Positions 1 through 10,740 of a stretch of DNA of 64,000 nt are shown in pieces. The position numbers and the translations under genes are program-made. The notes beneath the pieces were generated by a model. The model did no database searches and was not told the DNA's origin. It was given only the letters and a program-made list of their open reading frames with translations. The stretch's first letter is position 1. Each line of letters begins with the position of its first letter. Source of the DNA: Escherichia phage vB_Eco_QOTSP; sequence record OY720014; one strand, given 5' to 3'.

Positions 1-412
1 AGGATTCAGTTGAAACTCGTGTTTCAAACGCATTATTAAGAGCAACAGTAAATTTAGCTGGAGTTATAGAAGATTCATTATTAACTCCGGCAATGGCTTC
101 ATCATTGGTTGAATATCTTGTTAATCCGTAAACAGTTTCAGTTGCGTTTGGATATGATAATCTTGTTGCCAACGTTGCTGGTGTAACTGCTTTGGTATTA
201 TTAGTTCCATCTATAACTTCCTGTTCAGTGGCAAGAAATAAAATTCCCTTTGTTGTTGACGATGCATCAGGAACTCCATTTACGCCAGCAGGAGAAATGG
301 CTGCTATAGCAGCCTGAACATCAGTAATCTCTGGTGGAAAATTCGTATCGGTAGGATCAAATTTTACATAACGAGATTCATTAGAAACGTGTTGATATGT
401 ATTATTACTCAT
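1..412 (-). CDS. 12: short tail fiber protein gp12, N-terminal part (gene runs past window start)
   Basis: Minus-strand reading frame off the window edge; start codon 412-410 overlaps gp11 stop (ATGA); N-terminus [22 protein letters not shown] recognised as T4 gp12. Confidence 0.85.
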   Translation of the reverse strand, partial: MSNNTYQHVSNESRYVKFDPTDTNFPPEITDVQAAIAAISPAGVNGVPDASSTTKGILFLATEQEVIDGTNNTKAVTPATLATRLSYPNATETVYGLTRYSTNDEAIAGVNNESSITPAKFTVALNNAFETRVSTES

Positions 413-1068
413 GCTGTTCTCTCAAAATGATAAAGTACTGTAGGAGTCTGCTGATTATCTAAAGTTACAGTTTGTGCGCCTAATAAATTCCATGTACCAT
501 AGCCAGGTTTAGACTCAGAAATAATTTCCTGCGAAATAGTTATTCCATATGTAGAATATGTGCTTAATACATGTTTTTGATTGTCTAAATAAGTAACTTC
601 TAATTTACTACCATCTGTTGGATGGTCTTTATATGAATTGATAGCAGTAAATGACGCAATAGCTTCTTGTAGTGCAACACGAACTTTGGCAACAAACTCG
701 ATAGCTGTCATTCCGGTTGTTGCTGAAACTGGAAGACCAAATACTAATACAGTAACAGGAGAACCAGGAGGAAGCGAATCATCTGTCACAGTTCCTGAAA
801 ATGCCCAATAATCAGTTTGAGAAACGCCCTCAGGAGAAACACCAGTTTTATTAGTAATAATTGTACCAATGTCTTTTATAGAAAAATTATGAACATCATT
901 AATAGCTGATTCTACGTTTGGTTCATAAAATCCTTTCGCTAATTGAGAAATTGTCACTGACCCAACTGATTGACGATTCATTACATCTATATTACCAGCT
1001 TTAGGTCTAAAACCAAGAAAATCGGCTAAGCGGGAAATAACTCCCGCTTTATTATTAAGTAAACTCAT
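409..1068 (-). CDS. 11: baseplate wedge / short-tail-fiber attachment protein gp11
   Basis: ORF track 409..1086; start trimmed to [14 protein letters not shown] giving 219 aa as in T4 gp11; TAATG overlap with gene 10. Confidence 0.88.
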   Translation of the reverse strand: MSLLNNKAGVISRLADFLGFRPKAGNIDVMNRQSVGSVTISQLAKGFYEPNVESAINDVHNFSIKDIGTIITNKTGVSPEGVSQTDYWAFSGTVTDDSLPPGSPVTVLVFGLPVSATTGMTAIEFVAKVRVALQEAIASFTAINSYKDHPTDGSKLEVTYLDNQKHVLSTYSTYGITISQEIISESKPGYGTWNLLGAQTVTLDNQQTPTVLYHFERTA

Positions 1069-2876
1069 TATGCAATCCTTATCCAACGATAAACTGTAAT
1101 ATATGGTTGAATGTTAGTTATTGATGTTGGCGGAGTGTGAGTAGAGTTAGTAGATGCTTTAGCTTCACGGTATTTAGTGTAAATTGGACCGGATTCATCT
1201 GGATCGTATTGACACCCACCAACAATGACTGATCCATTTTCATCAACTATTAGAACTTCTTCATCTGTTTCAGTTGCAGGAAGATTAGCATTTTCCAATG
1301 TAACAGAAGTAGAACCACCTGTTCCACCTGCAGTATGCGAAGGATTTCCACCCGAATCTAAATCGTTGTTATTTAGAGCAAAGTTAGGGTCCGAAATATC
1401 TTCATTCCATCCAACTAAAACTTTTCCTTGCCCAAATAATTTCCATGAGCCGAATCCCATATATGTAACAGGGTTATTTGGATTAACAGCGTTTTCATAT
1501 ATAGTTCCAATAGGATAAATCGTATCAAAGATATTTGAAACAGCATTAAATTCGCGTTGGTAAGATTGAACTGCTTCTACATTTGGCCAACCAATTTTAT
1601 CGAAGTCTGTTAAATTTACATCGCCAGAAATATCTACTCCCGGTCCTTGTGATACATAGAGATTATCAGTTTCATCAATAATCTCATCTTTTGTTAATAA
1701 TGTACCCAAATCATTATTAAACCAGGTGATATTGATAATGTCACCATGCTCAAATACTCTATCGAAATGTAAAATTTCCGGTATGCCGTTTTCATCAGTT
1801 TCAACTGAATAATCGGTATGAGATTGTTCCCAAGTTCCACCTAAAACAGAGCATTCTACTTCATCGTCTGAATCGGCACCAACACAATGAAATAATGGCA
1901 TTCCAACTGTGCCAGCTAATTCCTGCAAAATTCCATTAAAACGAACCTCAAGAGAGTTAGGATTAATAGGTTCTCCTGGAATTAATCCAAAAGCAGAAAA
2001 TGGAATTGATTTCATTGTTGATAAATCAGTAACGTAAATGCTTCCTTCTAAAGAAGTTTTTGACGTTAATTTTGAATCTAACAATCTAATTTGACGTCTT
2101 GTATATGAACTTCTCCACTGCGATACACCATCCATAAATGTTTCAATTTGAACAGTGTCACCAATATTACAAGGCTGTCTTAATCGAATATTAAATCCAT
2201 CAAGAGGAACTAGTTCTCCTTCATTTTCGCCCGGAGAGCCAAAATCACTGTTTTCGCTAAACACATCGCCATAATACAATTCGTTACCACGATGTTTTAC
2301 TCTGATGTTATTTACATTATAACTGGTTCCACGGAAAACATCTAAAAAGTCTGTTTGTCCTTGGACTTCGACTAAAAATTCTTTACGAGCTACATTACTA
2401 ATGTCTGAACTGGTAATTTTGTCAATTTGTTTATTTTTGACATATTCCCAACGTCCTGGGGCACAATACACTAGTTCTAAATCGCTGAATTGAACATTAA
2501 TTTCAACTGGTACTGCAGACCCTTTAATCGTATCTCCGGAAGCAGCTACTAGTGTAACTGGGTTGACGTTCCATGTAGCAAATACGTCTCTAGCTCTAAT
2601 TACCTTGTTGTAATCATTAACTGTGCCCTTTGGAAGATTTATAGTCACTCTTCCAGAAGATGTATTAATAGCGTATGATTTTCCCCATTCTGCTGTTAAT
2701 GTTTGTCCTGATGAAGCATTATAAGTTTTCCAGGCACCGGCTGAATATGGAACATCACCATCACCGAGTTCATAATAAAGCTCATCAAAGTTTTCATTTA
2801 TTTTTATACCACCTTTACGCAGGTAGTCACCGGTACCATCATCTACAACATTACCGATATTAATATTTTGTTTCAT
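1068..2876 (-). CDS. 10: baseplate wedge subunit and tail pin gp10
   Basis: 602-aa ORF, size and sequence recognised as T4 gp10; syntenic between 11 and 9. Confidence 0.9.
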   Translation of the reverse strand: MKQNINIGNVVDDGTGDYLRKGGIKINENFDELYYELGDGDVPYSAGAWKTYNASSGQTLTAEWGKSYAINTSSGRVTINLPKGTVNDYNKVIRARDVFATWNVNPVTLVAASGDTIKGSAVPVEINVQFSDLELVYCAPGRWEYVKNKQIDKITSSDISNVARKEFLVEVQGQTDFLDVFRGTSYNVNNIRVKHRGNELYYGDVFSENSDFGSPGENEGELVPLDGFNIRLRQPCNIGDTVQIETFMDGVSQWRSSYTRRQIRLLDSKLTSKTSLEGSIYVTDLSTMKSIPFSAFGLIPGEPINPNSLEVRFNGILQELAGTVGMPLFHCVGADSDDEVECSVLGGTWEQSHTDYSVETDENGIPEILHFDRVFEHGDIINITWFNNDLGTLLTKDEIIDETDNLYVSQGPGVDISGDVNLTDFDKIGWPNVEAVQSYQREFNAVSNIFDTIYPIGTIYENAVNPNNPVTYMGFGSWKLFGQGKVLVGWNEDISDPNFALNNNDLDSGGNPSHTAGGTGGSTSVTLENANLPATETDEEVLIVDENGSVIVGGCQYDPDESGPIYTKYREAKASTNSTHTPPTSITNIQPYITVYRWIRIA

Positions 2877-3742
2877 TATTGAGCCACCCCGATTTTCTGC
2901 GTAGCGATAACTTTAACTGCTGCTCTCATACCGACAGTTGAAGAACTTATAGTCGCCGTTACGTAATTTTCTTTAATACTAAATGCAATATTAGCGATTT
3001 CGTCTTCTTCGGTTTCATTCCCAACTCGCATGACAGCATATTCAGAAGAAATTACCTCTGAATTGACAGTATCCACAAGAATATTTATTTCTGCTGTTTT
3101 AATTTTTCTTCCATCTACTGATTGGCATGTAACTAGTAATTTAGCCATATTGTATTCAGTGCGATGAAATAGTGGAATATCAACTGATCCAGATGTAGAA
3201 ATATTCCATGTACCTTCAGCTGGTGATTCCTTTTGTCCAAACATACTTTCAATAGAATAATTCCAAACCGACGTAGAATTATCAGATGAAATACAGCGTA
3301 AAGTAACTTTACTATATGGGCTAGTTACTACTAAATTACCTGAAACACCTTTAATTGAATCAATAGCTTGAATTGTCAAAGGATTAGTAACTGATATTGA
3401 TCCGTTAGAATTAATGAATTCAACACAATCGCCGAGTTCGCCTCTTTCAATGATAACTTTAACACCTACAGTAGAGGTATCAATATCATGCCTAGTGCCA
3501 ACTTTTACTGGAGTTGCATACTCTGCAATAGAGTGTTTTTGATAATATCCAGTAGCATGGATAATTTGACCATCTGCTCCGGTGCCATTTGCTACTGCCA
3601 TTTTACGTTGATCGCCAAACGCATTATAAATTGCGTTAAAATCACTATTAATTTTATTACCACCGTCGAATAAGATATCACCAGTAGAAGCGTTACCAAT
3701 TTCGCCGGTATCAATCAATTTCTTTGGTTCTTGAATGAACAT
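2876..3742 (-). CDS. 9: baseplate wedge, long-tail-fiber connector gp9
   Basis: 288-aa ORF MFIQEPKKLIDTGEIGNASTGDILFDGG, matches T4 gp9 size and position. Confidence 0.9.
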   Translation of the reverse strand: MFIQEPKKLIDTGEIGNASTGDILFDGGNKINSDFNAIYNAFGDQRKMAVANGTGADGQIIHATGYYQKHSIAEYATPVKVGTRHDIDTSTVGVKVIIERGELGDCVEFINSNGSISVTNPLTIQAIDSIKGVSGNLVVTSPYSKVTLRCISSDNSTSVWNYSIESMFGQKESPAEGTWNISTSGSVDIPLFHRTEYNMAKLLVTCQSVDGRKIKTAEINILVDTVNSEVISSEYAVMRVGNETEEDEIANIAFSIKENYVTATISSSTVGMRAAVKVIATQKIGVAQ

Positions 3743-3766
3743 AGCGGTTTCCTTATGAGTTTATAG

Positions 3767-3774
3767 TATTTATA
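3767..3774 (-). promoter_or_regulatory. late promoter TATAAATA (minus strand) for gene 9
   Basis: Plus-strand tatttata in the 8/9 intergenic region, upstream of the gene 9 start on the minus strand. Confidence 0.55.
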
Positions 3775-3782
3775 AAGAAAAA

Positions 3783-3800
3783 GGGAGCCCATGGGCTCCC
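3783..3800. terminator. palindromic GC-rich hairpin between genes 8 and 9
   Basis: gggagcccatgggctccc perfect palindrome in the 8/9 intergenic region. Confidence 0.55.
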
Positions 3801-3805
3801 TTAAT

Positions 3806-4810
3806 TTAAAATGTAAACAGAATATTGATTTCTTCTGTCTGATCCATTGCCATAATAATAGGTGGCCTATTTTCCATATAAATCATTTCGCCCGAATGCC
3901 TCATTAAATCTTCCGGATCATAATAATCCTTTTCAGCTTTAACGTTTGGGTCATTTGGATGAGCTTTAGCTTCAAGAGGATTCGTGATTATTGATATTTG
4001 TCTAAATCCTTTATTTCCCGGCAATGCAGCCTCAGGAAAATAAACTGAATCTAAATATGCTTTAAAACGGATAGTATTTGCCTTAACACGGTAAATTAAT
4101 CCAAAATCATCTTGTTGCCAAGTGAGATTATCTTCATACCCCCATCTAGTCGGGTCTTCTTTTAATTCCTCAGGCCAAGGAACCACGATATATTCATTCG
4201 TACATCTATTTATAGATACATCAGGCGGAATCTCAAAAAGATATTCCCAAACATATCCGTCCCCAGGTTCAATTGTTCCTTCAGCATCTCCTCGACCTTC
4301 AGGAGGAGTCATTGACCTAGCAGAAGGAGTCCATTTTCCACCTAACTTAAGGCATTCATCCTTATCAGTTAAAGATGCGATTGAACACATTCCGGTATCA
4401 GGAACATCTAAACAACGATATACTAACCAGCCTGCGCCTGATTCAGTAGCGTTGTAAGGAGCTGAGTTACACACTACAATATCGTTAATTCTAAATGTGT
4501 ATGGATCCGGATATCTAGTATCTCCCCAATCTCGACGAGGAATAACTGCATCAAGCATAGATGGAAGAACCTTTACGGTTCCCATCATATGAGTCCACAT
4601 GTCAGTTACACCTAATACAGAATCGGTAGGATAAGGTGGAGCAAAGCCCACCTCATTTTCATTTGATGACCACGGTTCTGATCTTCCAAATGTGATAAAG
4701 ATAGTGTTTTTATCCGGACCACTTCCAATTGAATTATAAAAATTCAACATTTTTTCTGTTCTAAATTTTGAAGTAACTATCGCACGATAGATAACACTTG
4801 AATCATTCAT
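3806..4810 (-). CDS. 8: baseplate wedge subunit gp8
   Basis: 334-aa ORF, T4 gp8 size and synteny. Confidence 0.9.
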   Translation of the reverse strand: MNDSSVIYRAIVTSKFRTEKMLNFYNSIGSGPDKNTIFITFGRSEPWSSNENEVGFAPPYPTDSVLGVTDMWTHMMGTVKVLPSMLDAVIPRRDWGDTRYPDPYTFRINDIVVCNSAPYNATESGAGWLVYRCLDVPDTGMCSIASLTDKDECLKLGGKWTPSARSMTPPEGRGDAEGTIEPGDGYVWEYLFEIPPDVSINRCTNEYIVVPWPEELKEDPTRWGYEDNLTWQQDDFGLIYRVKANTIRFKAYLDSVYFPEAALPGNKGFRQISIITNPLEAKAHPNDPNVKAEKDYYDPEDLMRHSGEMIYMENRPPIIMAMDQTEEINILFTF

Positions 4811-7800
4811 CTATTTTAACCTGTGTTGGATTTTCAGGGTCTCTTGGATTTCCTATATTATCTTTTAGACGTTTATTAACTAAATCTCTAAATTGCGCAA
4901 ATGTTGTTCCAGATGCATCAAATAAAGGACTCATTAATTTACGTCGTTCAGACGGCAATTGACCTTGAAATATTGAATTATTATTTTCAGCATTATAGTC
5001 ATCAGGAAGAGGATATTCTACACCAGCCATTGGGCCAGGCTCATAAATTGCTTCGCCTGTTACCGAATCATGCTCAATTTCACCAGTTGGAGTCAATTTA
5101 GCTACTCTATCAGCATATTCAGTAGGCAATCCAGAATCCCATTTATAGTTTTTGTATTTATTAATTATAGTCTCTGTGTGTTTAAGAGTTAAACCAACAT
5201 TAATAAACATTGTTAAAAGGGTAATTGCTATAAATCCAAATCCTACTGGATGAACAAAACGAATAACGTCAGATTTCCAACGAGAAGAAGGTAAATTGGA
5301 TTTAATTTTCATTACATAATATGATCGACTTCTATTAATATAGTCTATATTATTTTGAAGCAAATCCTTTCCTTTAACCCCACGAATAATTTCGCCTTCA
5401 AAACTAGGGAGTCTTTCTGCTTTAACTTCTTGACCAGCAATTAATCGTCCCAAAAGATTATGAATAGTCACGGTCCATTGCAATTTACCATTAGAATAGC
5501 TTCTTTCTATATAAGTAACATTACATCTTCCTGTTGCCGTATAAATCGTTTGTCCTACTAAATCTTCAGTCAAAGAATCAGATTGAACGATTATGTCATA
5601 TTCAGTACCAGCCCCAGATTCAATTTCAATTTCAACTTCTTCATTATAAAGAACTTTAAAAAGAAACTTGTATGATGCTTCAATTCCTTTAGTAGAATAA
5701 AAATCATAGCTACGTGATTCAAAGAATCTCGCAACAGCATCGCGTTTGTCAGCATTTAAATAAATGTTTCTTTTATATATCTCTGACCACAAATATTCCC
5801 ATGCATGCTCTTCTCGTGGATATTGGTTACGAATTAAATTTCGTAAATTGTTATACTGAGTTCCATATCCATCAGAAAGATATTGAATATATGCTTCGCA
5901 AAATGCTTCAAAATTCGAATCCTGTAACAAATAAGAATCAGGCATCATTGTGCCAATTAATGGTCTTAAATCAGGGTCAGCTAATCCACGCTCTTCTTCT
6001 GGTGACCAAGGAGTATCATGCTCTTGGTTTTGTAAAAATGCTTTTAAAAATACTTCAGTTGGCTTCCAAATAATTTCTACTGTATCTCTCACGCGATAGT
6101 TAAAATCATAGTAAGAAATTATTTCACCAGAGGCTTTATAGAAAAGCATCCCAGATGCATATTTTTTAAATCCAGTGAATTTAACATTTGGCATTACTAT
6201 AGTACAATCGCCATCATCCCAGTATTCATGAACTAATCTATCTGGTGATGTTTCCGGAATATTTTCTATAACTTTAGTGTATTTTAAATCAGCATAAACT
6301 ACTACAACCCTATCGGAGTTGTTTATCCAACAGCGTGTGTTAGATTTTTTAGACCAGTTAAAGAACGGTTCTGCGTAGTATTTCATTGGTTGAGGAGTAA
6401 AAGTCTCCCAATCAGATTTTTCATCCGCTATAAATGCCATCATATGATAATGCTTATCAGCTAGCCATTCACGAGGAAATTCATATTTGACAGCACCAAT
6501 TAACTGATATTTTGCTGCAGTTTCAGGGTCATTAACAACATTATCACTTAAAAATTTAAAATTACTCGAAGACAGAGAAACTAATTTACCGTCAGTTGAC
6601 ATATTCGCATATCCTGGTTGAATACGTCTTCTTTCTTCTTCGGTATTACCGAAAACTCTTTTCCATGTCTTTTCGTCATGATTTAAAACATATATTCCTT
6701 TATCAGCGGAATCAATTATTTTTGATGTTCTAGGATTAGCATTTAATGTTTCAACTTCACCAATAATAAGCGCAAAAACTTTATCACCGATAGAATCCAT
6801 TTTATAACATACTGCTTTAGGATTTCCGGTTATAGTCATGGTATCAGGTTCAAAAAGTCTTTCCGAATATGTTGGAGATAATGGGTCAGAATCTATAGGT
6901 GCATTACTCGTTTTTATGTATCTAACTTTGTCTCTGGCGACAACGTAAATGTAATCATCGGTGCAAGTAATAGCTTCTGCAATGCGGTATACATTCGCTG
7001 GCAAAGTCGCGTAAGTGGCAAAAATTTCTACATCAAATCCTAGATGTAATTGGTCGCCAAGTTTAGCAAATGTTATATCCTGAGAACTAAATCTGACATC
7101 ATCGGCTGACCATCTAACATCAGTAGATTTGCGGCCATAGAAAATCTTGTCGTATCCTAGAACGTATGTTGTGTTCGCAGATTGGTAATATACTGTCTTA
7201 GATAAAGGATATCCTACACGGTCATTGAAGAGCTTTACAGCTTTCCAGGTTTGTCCTTTATCATTGGATACTTTAACTACAGGTTGATAGCGCTCAAAAA
7301 GATATAGAATTCCTTCTGATTCCATCAAATAAACTCGGTTAATATCCTTACATACTTGCTGAATAGAACCTTGTATTTCATGATACTCATTTTCACCAAT
7401 AATAAAATTACTTATTGATGAAACATCAACATACGATGGGCTGAATTGAAATGATTCATTCATCAATGCAGCCATTATAGTGTCATTATTAAAATTAACA
7501 TAATCAGAATTATTAAGAGTAAATTTTTCCTGAATGAATTTATTGGCTAATTGCATTTCAATCATGTTTTGAAATGTATAAGCATTTGTAGCAAAAGTTT
7601 CAAACTCTTCGGTATAAATCCAATCAGACTGCTCAAAATCTTGCGCAGCTGTAGCTACTCTGATAATGTATGATGTCAATGGATCAGCATCATCAAAAAA
7701 GAAGCTGTTATTTGCAGTATATCCTAAGTTAATCCATCTGTATTGATTACTCGGGAGATTTTCCCCCGAGTTTGTTTTTGTCTCAGCGATTTCTACAAAA

Positions 7801-7901
7801 TAGTAGAAATTAGCACCAACGTCATCCCAGCGTACTTGCACCTGATTTGCGGATAACTTGGAAATTCTGAGACTAGTGACTGAAGGTGCTTTTACTGTCA
7901 T
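4803..7901 (-). CDS. 7: baseplate wedge initiator gp7
   Basis: 1032-aa ORF, T4 gp7 size and synteny. Confidence 0.92.
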   Translation of the reverse strand: MTVKAPSVTSLRISKLSANQVQVRWDDVGANFYYFVEIAETKTNSGENLPSNQYRWINLGYTANNSFFFDDADPLTSYIIRVATAAQDFEQSDWIYTEEFETFATNAYTFQNMIEMQLANKFIQEKFTLNNSDYVNFNNDTIMAALMNESFQFSPSYVDVSSISNFIIGENEYHEIQGSIQQVCKDINRVYLMESEGILYLFERYQPVVKVSNDKGQTWKAVKLFNDRVGYPLSKTVYYQSANTTYVLGYDKIFYGRKSTDVRWSADDVRFSSQDITFAKLGDQLHLGFDVEIFATYATLPANVYRIAEAITCTDDYIYVVARDKVRYIKTSNAPIDSDPLSPTYSERLFEPDTMTITGNPKAVCYKMDSIGDKVFALIIGEVETLNANPRTSKIIDSADKGIYVLNHDEKTWKRVFGNTEEERRRIQPGYANMSTDGKLVSLSSSNFKFLSDNVVNDPETAAKYQLIGAVKYEFPREWLADKHYHMMAFIADEKSDWETFTPQPMKYYAEPFFNWSKKSNTRCWINNSDRVVVVYADLKYTKVIENIPETSPDRLVHEYWDDGDCTIVMPNVKFTGFKKYASGMLFYKASGEIISYYDFNYRVRDTVEIIWKPTEVFLKAFLQNQEHDTPWSPEEERGLADPDLRPLIGTMMPDSYLLQDSNFEAFCEAYIQYLSDGYGTQYNNLRNLIRNQYPREEHAWEYLWSEIYKRNIYLNADKRDAVARFFESRSYDFYSTKGIEASYKFLFKVLYNEEVEIEIESGAGTEYDIIVQSDSLTEDLVGQTIYTATGRCNVTYIERSYSNGKLQWTVTIHNLLGRLIAGQEVKAERLPSFEGEIIRGVKGKDLLQNNIDYINRSRSYYVMKIKSNLPSSRWKSDVIRFVHPVGFGFIAITLLTMFINVGLTLKHTETIINKYKNYKWDSGLPTEYADRVAKLTPTGEIEHDSVTGEAIYEPGPMAGVEYPLPDDYNAENNNSIFQGQLPSERRKLMSPLFDASGTTFAQFRDLVNKRLKDNIGNPRDPENPTQVKIDE

Positions 7902-9880
7902 TGTGATATAGGCTCCAAATCGATAGTTAAGTATTGTGGACGTAAGTCATTTTCAAATACAATCAGTGAACCATCGCGAGTAAAGATAACATCATCAGTT
8001 GGGTCAGAATATAATTCAATAGTCTGAACTTCAAATTTTTCAGATGTTAAATTAATTTTAGCGATATTCCAATAAATCATGTCAGCTGGATAATTTATTT
8101 CACCGATAACATAGTATTTGTCGCGTCCATCAGAATTTGCTAATTTGTTAAAATCGTTGCCTGTATACGGCTGAATGTTTTCATTTTCTGTAACATCGCC
8201 AGAAGCAAATGGACCAATAATAACTTTACCGATTCCTTTAGAATCTCGGTCTGTTGATACTATACGAACGTCATATAATACATCTTCTTCTAAACCAGTA
8301 TCAGGATTTACAACCTTTCGTCCAGAATTAAATGAAAACGTATTAGATTCCATAGAACGATCTTTTATTTGATTATTGTATTTAATACCTGCTTCAGGTG
8401 TTTTATAGAAGTTTTGTACTTCACGAACCATTTGAATAGTCGCTGATGAACCAATGACAGAATGATCTGCATCATCTACATATGTCAACATCTTAGACTT
8501 GGCAAAAGACGAGTTAAAAATTTCTACATCTTCGGTATAATAACGATCAATTTTATCAATTATTTGACCTTCGAGCCACTGTTCGGATTCTTGCAGCTTA
8601 TTTAAAGCATATGTGACTTTTAAATTAGTCTTAATAAAAAGATAATTAGGAGAAATAATTGATGGCGTAATAGGAGCTAAATTATAGTCTTTGAGATAAT
8701 TTTTAATATCTTCACGTTGCACAGTAGTTAAATACAATCCTGATTTAGGTTTAGCAGCAATAAATGCATACCCAGGTTTAGTAGAATCAGTGAAAGTCTG
8801 AACAGCTTGAATAATAGAACCAAATCTCTCTGAAACGAATGTATCGTAGTCAGTCGCAGTTACGCAGCGTTGCTGGGTTTCGCGTTTAATAGTACCCAAT
8901 TCGCGAATACGCTCAATATCTTCTGGATCACCGCCGCCATCTGCTCCGACAAAATCTGGGTCGTCGTTTGGATTTTCATTAATATTGATGACAGTTATAT
9001 TTGTTAATGTATCTGCATATGAAAATCCGACTGCTCCGTTCGCGTCAGCGCCATTAGTACTGATGTACTCAATAACAATCGTAGAGTTCTGAGTAGGTTT
9101 AAGACCTCCGATATAATTAGCGGTCAAAGCTCCTTCAGAAGCATTAACAGAAATTTCACCTTCACCAAAATAGAATTCAGTGTTTCCATCAATAGTTTCA
9201 CGCATATAGTAAATCGTTGATGTTGAACCAGCATGAACCATTGACTTTCTCGTCCAGTTAATCCATTCCGCTCCATCAACATATAATTTAACCTGGTTTC
9301 TATCAATATTTTTATCATAAATGATAATAGGTGTTAATTTATCATAAATGATTTCAGTTCTTACTATACGTCCCTGGGCCAATTTTAAACGTGGAAAATA
9401 TTGGTTATTTTTATCACGAATAGCAATAACATCTTCGGTAGATACAAAGTTATAAGGATTAACAGAAGTATCCTTTGCATATGCTAAAAAGCGAGTACCG
9501 CGAGGAATAGTAATGTAATTTCTATTCAATGCATCTGTGCATGTTAACATAATTTCGGTCTGCGCAGCGGATTTTGAAGTAGGTAAATATCCGTTATCTT
9601 GCGCAGCTTGAACAACTGAACTTCGTAAGTTAGCAGTACGCATAAAGCTTTCATACACAGCAGCATTACCAAACTGCTGAATGTATAATGTATTATAAGC
9701 TAAAAGGTCACACAGAACGTTTAATCTTGAGCCTTCAAAATCATAATCCAAAAATTCATTTTGGCCATTAAGCCATTCAATGAGGTTTTGTTTTATTTCA
9801 GCAAATGTACCCCCGACGAATATCTCGGGAATAGCATTTGCTGTTCTTGTTAATTGATAATTTACAGGGGTATTTGCCAT
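7898..9880 (-). CDS. 6: baseplate wedge subunit gp6
   Basis: 660-aa ORF, T4 gp6 size and synteny. Confidence 0.92.
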   Translation of the reverse strand: MANTPVNYQLTRTANAIPEIFVGGTFAEIKQNLIEWLNGQNEFLDYDFEGSRLNVLCDLLAYNTLYIQQFGNAAVYESFMRTANLRSSVVQAAQDNGYLPTSKSAAQTEIMLTCTDALNRNYITIPRGTRFLAYAKDTSVNPYNFVSTEDVIAIRDKNNQYFPRLKLAQGRIVRTEIIYDKLTPIIIYDKNIDRNQVKLYVDGAEWINWTRKSMVHAGSTSTIYYMRETIDGNTEFYFGEGEISVNASEGALTANYIGGLKPTQNSTIVIEYISTNGADANGAVGFSYADTLTNITVININENPNDDPDFVGADGGGDPEDIERIRELGTIKRETQQRCVTATDYDTFVSERFGSIIQAVQTFTDSTKPGYAFIAAKPKSGLYLTTVQREDIKNYLKDYNLAPITPSIISPNYLFIKTNLKVTYALNKLQESEQWLEGQIIDKIDRYYTEDVEIFNSSFAKSKMLTYVDDADHSVIGSSATIQMVREVQNFYKTPEAGIKYNNQIKDRSMESNTFSFNSGRKVVNPDTGLEEDVLYDVRIVSTDRDSKGIGKVIIGPFASGDVTENENIQPYTGNDFNKLANSDGRDKYYVIGEINYPADMIYWNIAKINLTSEKFEVQTIELYSDPTDDVIFTRDGSLIVFENDLRPQYLTIDLEPISQ

Positions 9881-9888
9881 TTTAAATC

Positions 9889-10182
9889 CTATTTAATGAA
9901 TACTTTAGATGATGCCTGAGCCACAGTATCACCGCATGATATTGGATCAGCCATTTGAACAGCTTTCTTTCCAGTGACATATACCTTAGAAGTTCTGGGT
10001 TGTGTCACTCCGCCATGTGTTTCATATGGCTTTTTAATTTCTGTATGTTCTGTAATTGGATCACCTGCTACGAGAACAGCAATTCCTCCAGTGAATACTT
10101 TACTTTGTGTAGCATTCACAACTGTTGGAGGCCACGCTTCATGGCCAGCAGTAACACACTTATCATAACTTAATCCTGACAT
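9889..10182 (-). CDS. 5.4: PAAR-repeat spike-tip protein gp5.4
   Basis: 97-aa ORF between genes 6 and 5; size and position of T4 gp5.4. Confidence 0.8.
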
Positions 10183-10740
10183 TTATGGCCTCTCATACAC
10201 GTAGCTTCTCAGTTTATTAGCCCAACGACTCCAATTTCCAACTATAGTTTTAGTATAATTTTTAACGAGAGTTTTTCTTACTAGAGCAGGAGGATCTGTC
10301 GGTTCAGTAGTATCAGAAGATGACCTAGAATTACTACCAGAACCTCCAGATTCACTTTGTTCTTGGTAGTCATATATTAATGTTACTTCGTAAGTGAATG
10401 TCTTCTGGAGATTTTGAGGAGCTTTCCACAAATACAACTGAGTATCAGAATCAGTAGGAAGTTCTTCCCATGAAGCAGCAGTTTTAAATTCATCGCCTAA
10501 ACGATATTTCAACGCGTCATTTCCGAAACCAAATACAGATTCATATGTTCCATATAAGCGATTTTCTTCTACTAAAACCCCAGGAGTTTCTTCGTAACTA
10601 GTTATATTTATAGATACTAACGTTTCACCTGTTTCTAATTGAGCGGTAAAGGTGACGTCGATAGAAGAACCTTCCATGGATTCTCCTAAATCAGCGCTCA
10701 TTGGAAGTATATTAGCCAATGTCAATCCTCGATCCATCAA
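10183..10740 (-). CDS. hypothetical protein, positional equivalent of T4 gene 5.1
   Basis: 185-aa ORF between gene 5 and 5.4; overlaps 3' end of gene 5 by 29 nt. Confidence 0.6.

Noticed and set aside
1225-1518. Plus-strand ORFs (1225..1518, 2675..2863, 3488..3673, 4122..4457, 4901..5101, 5714..6073, 8175..8372, 9955..10173, 9974..10168) opposite the baseplate late genes
   Set aside because: All lie fully inside long, well-supported minus-strand structural genes and have low-complexity composition typical of antisense frames.
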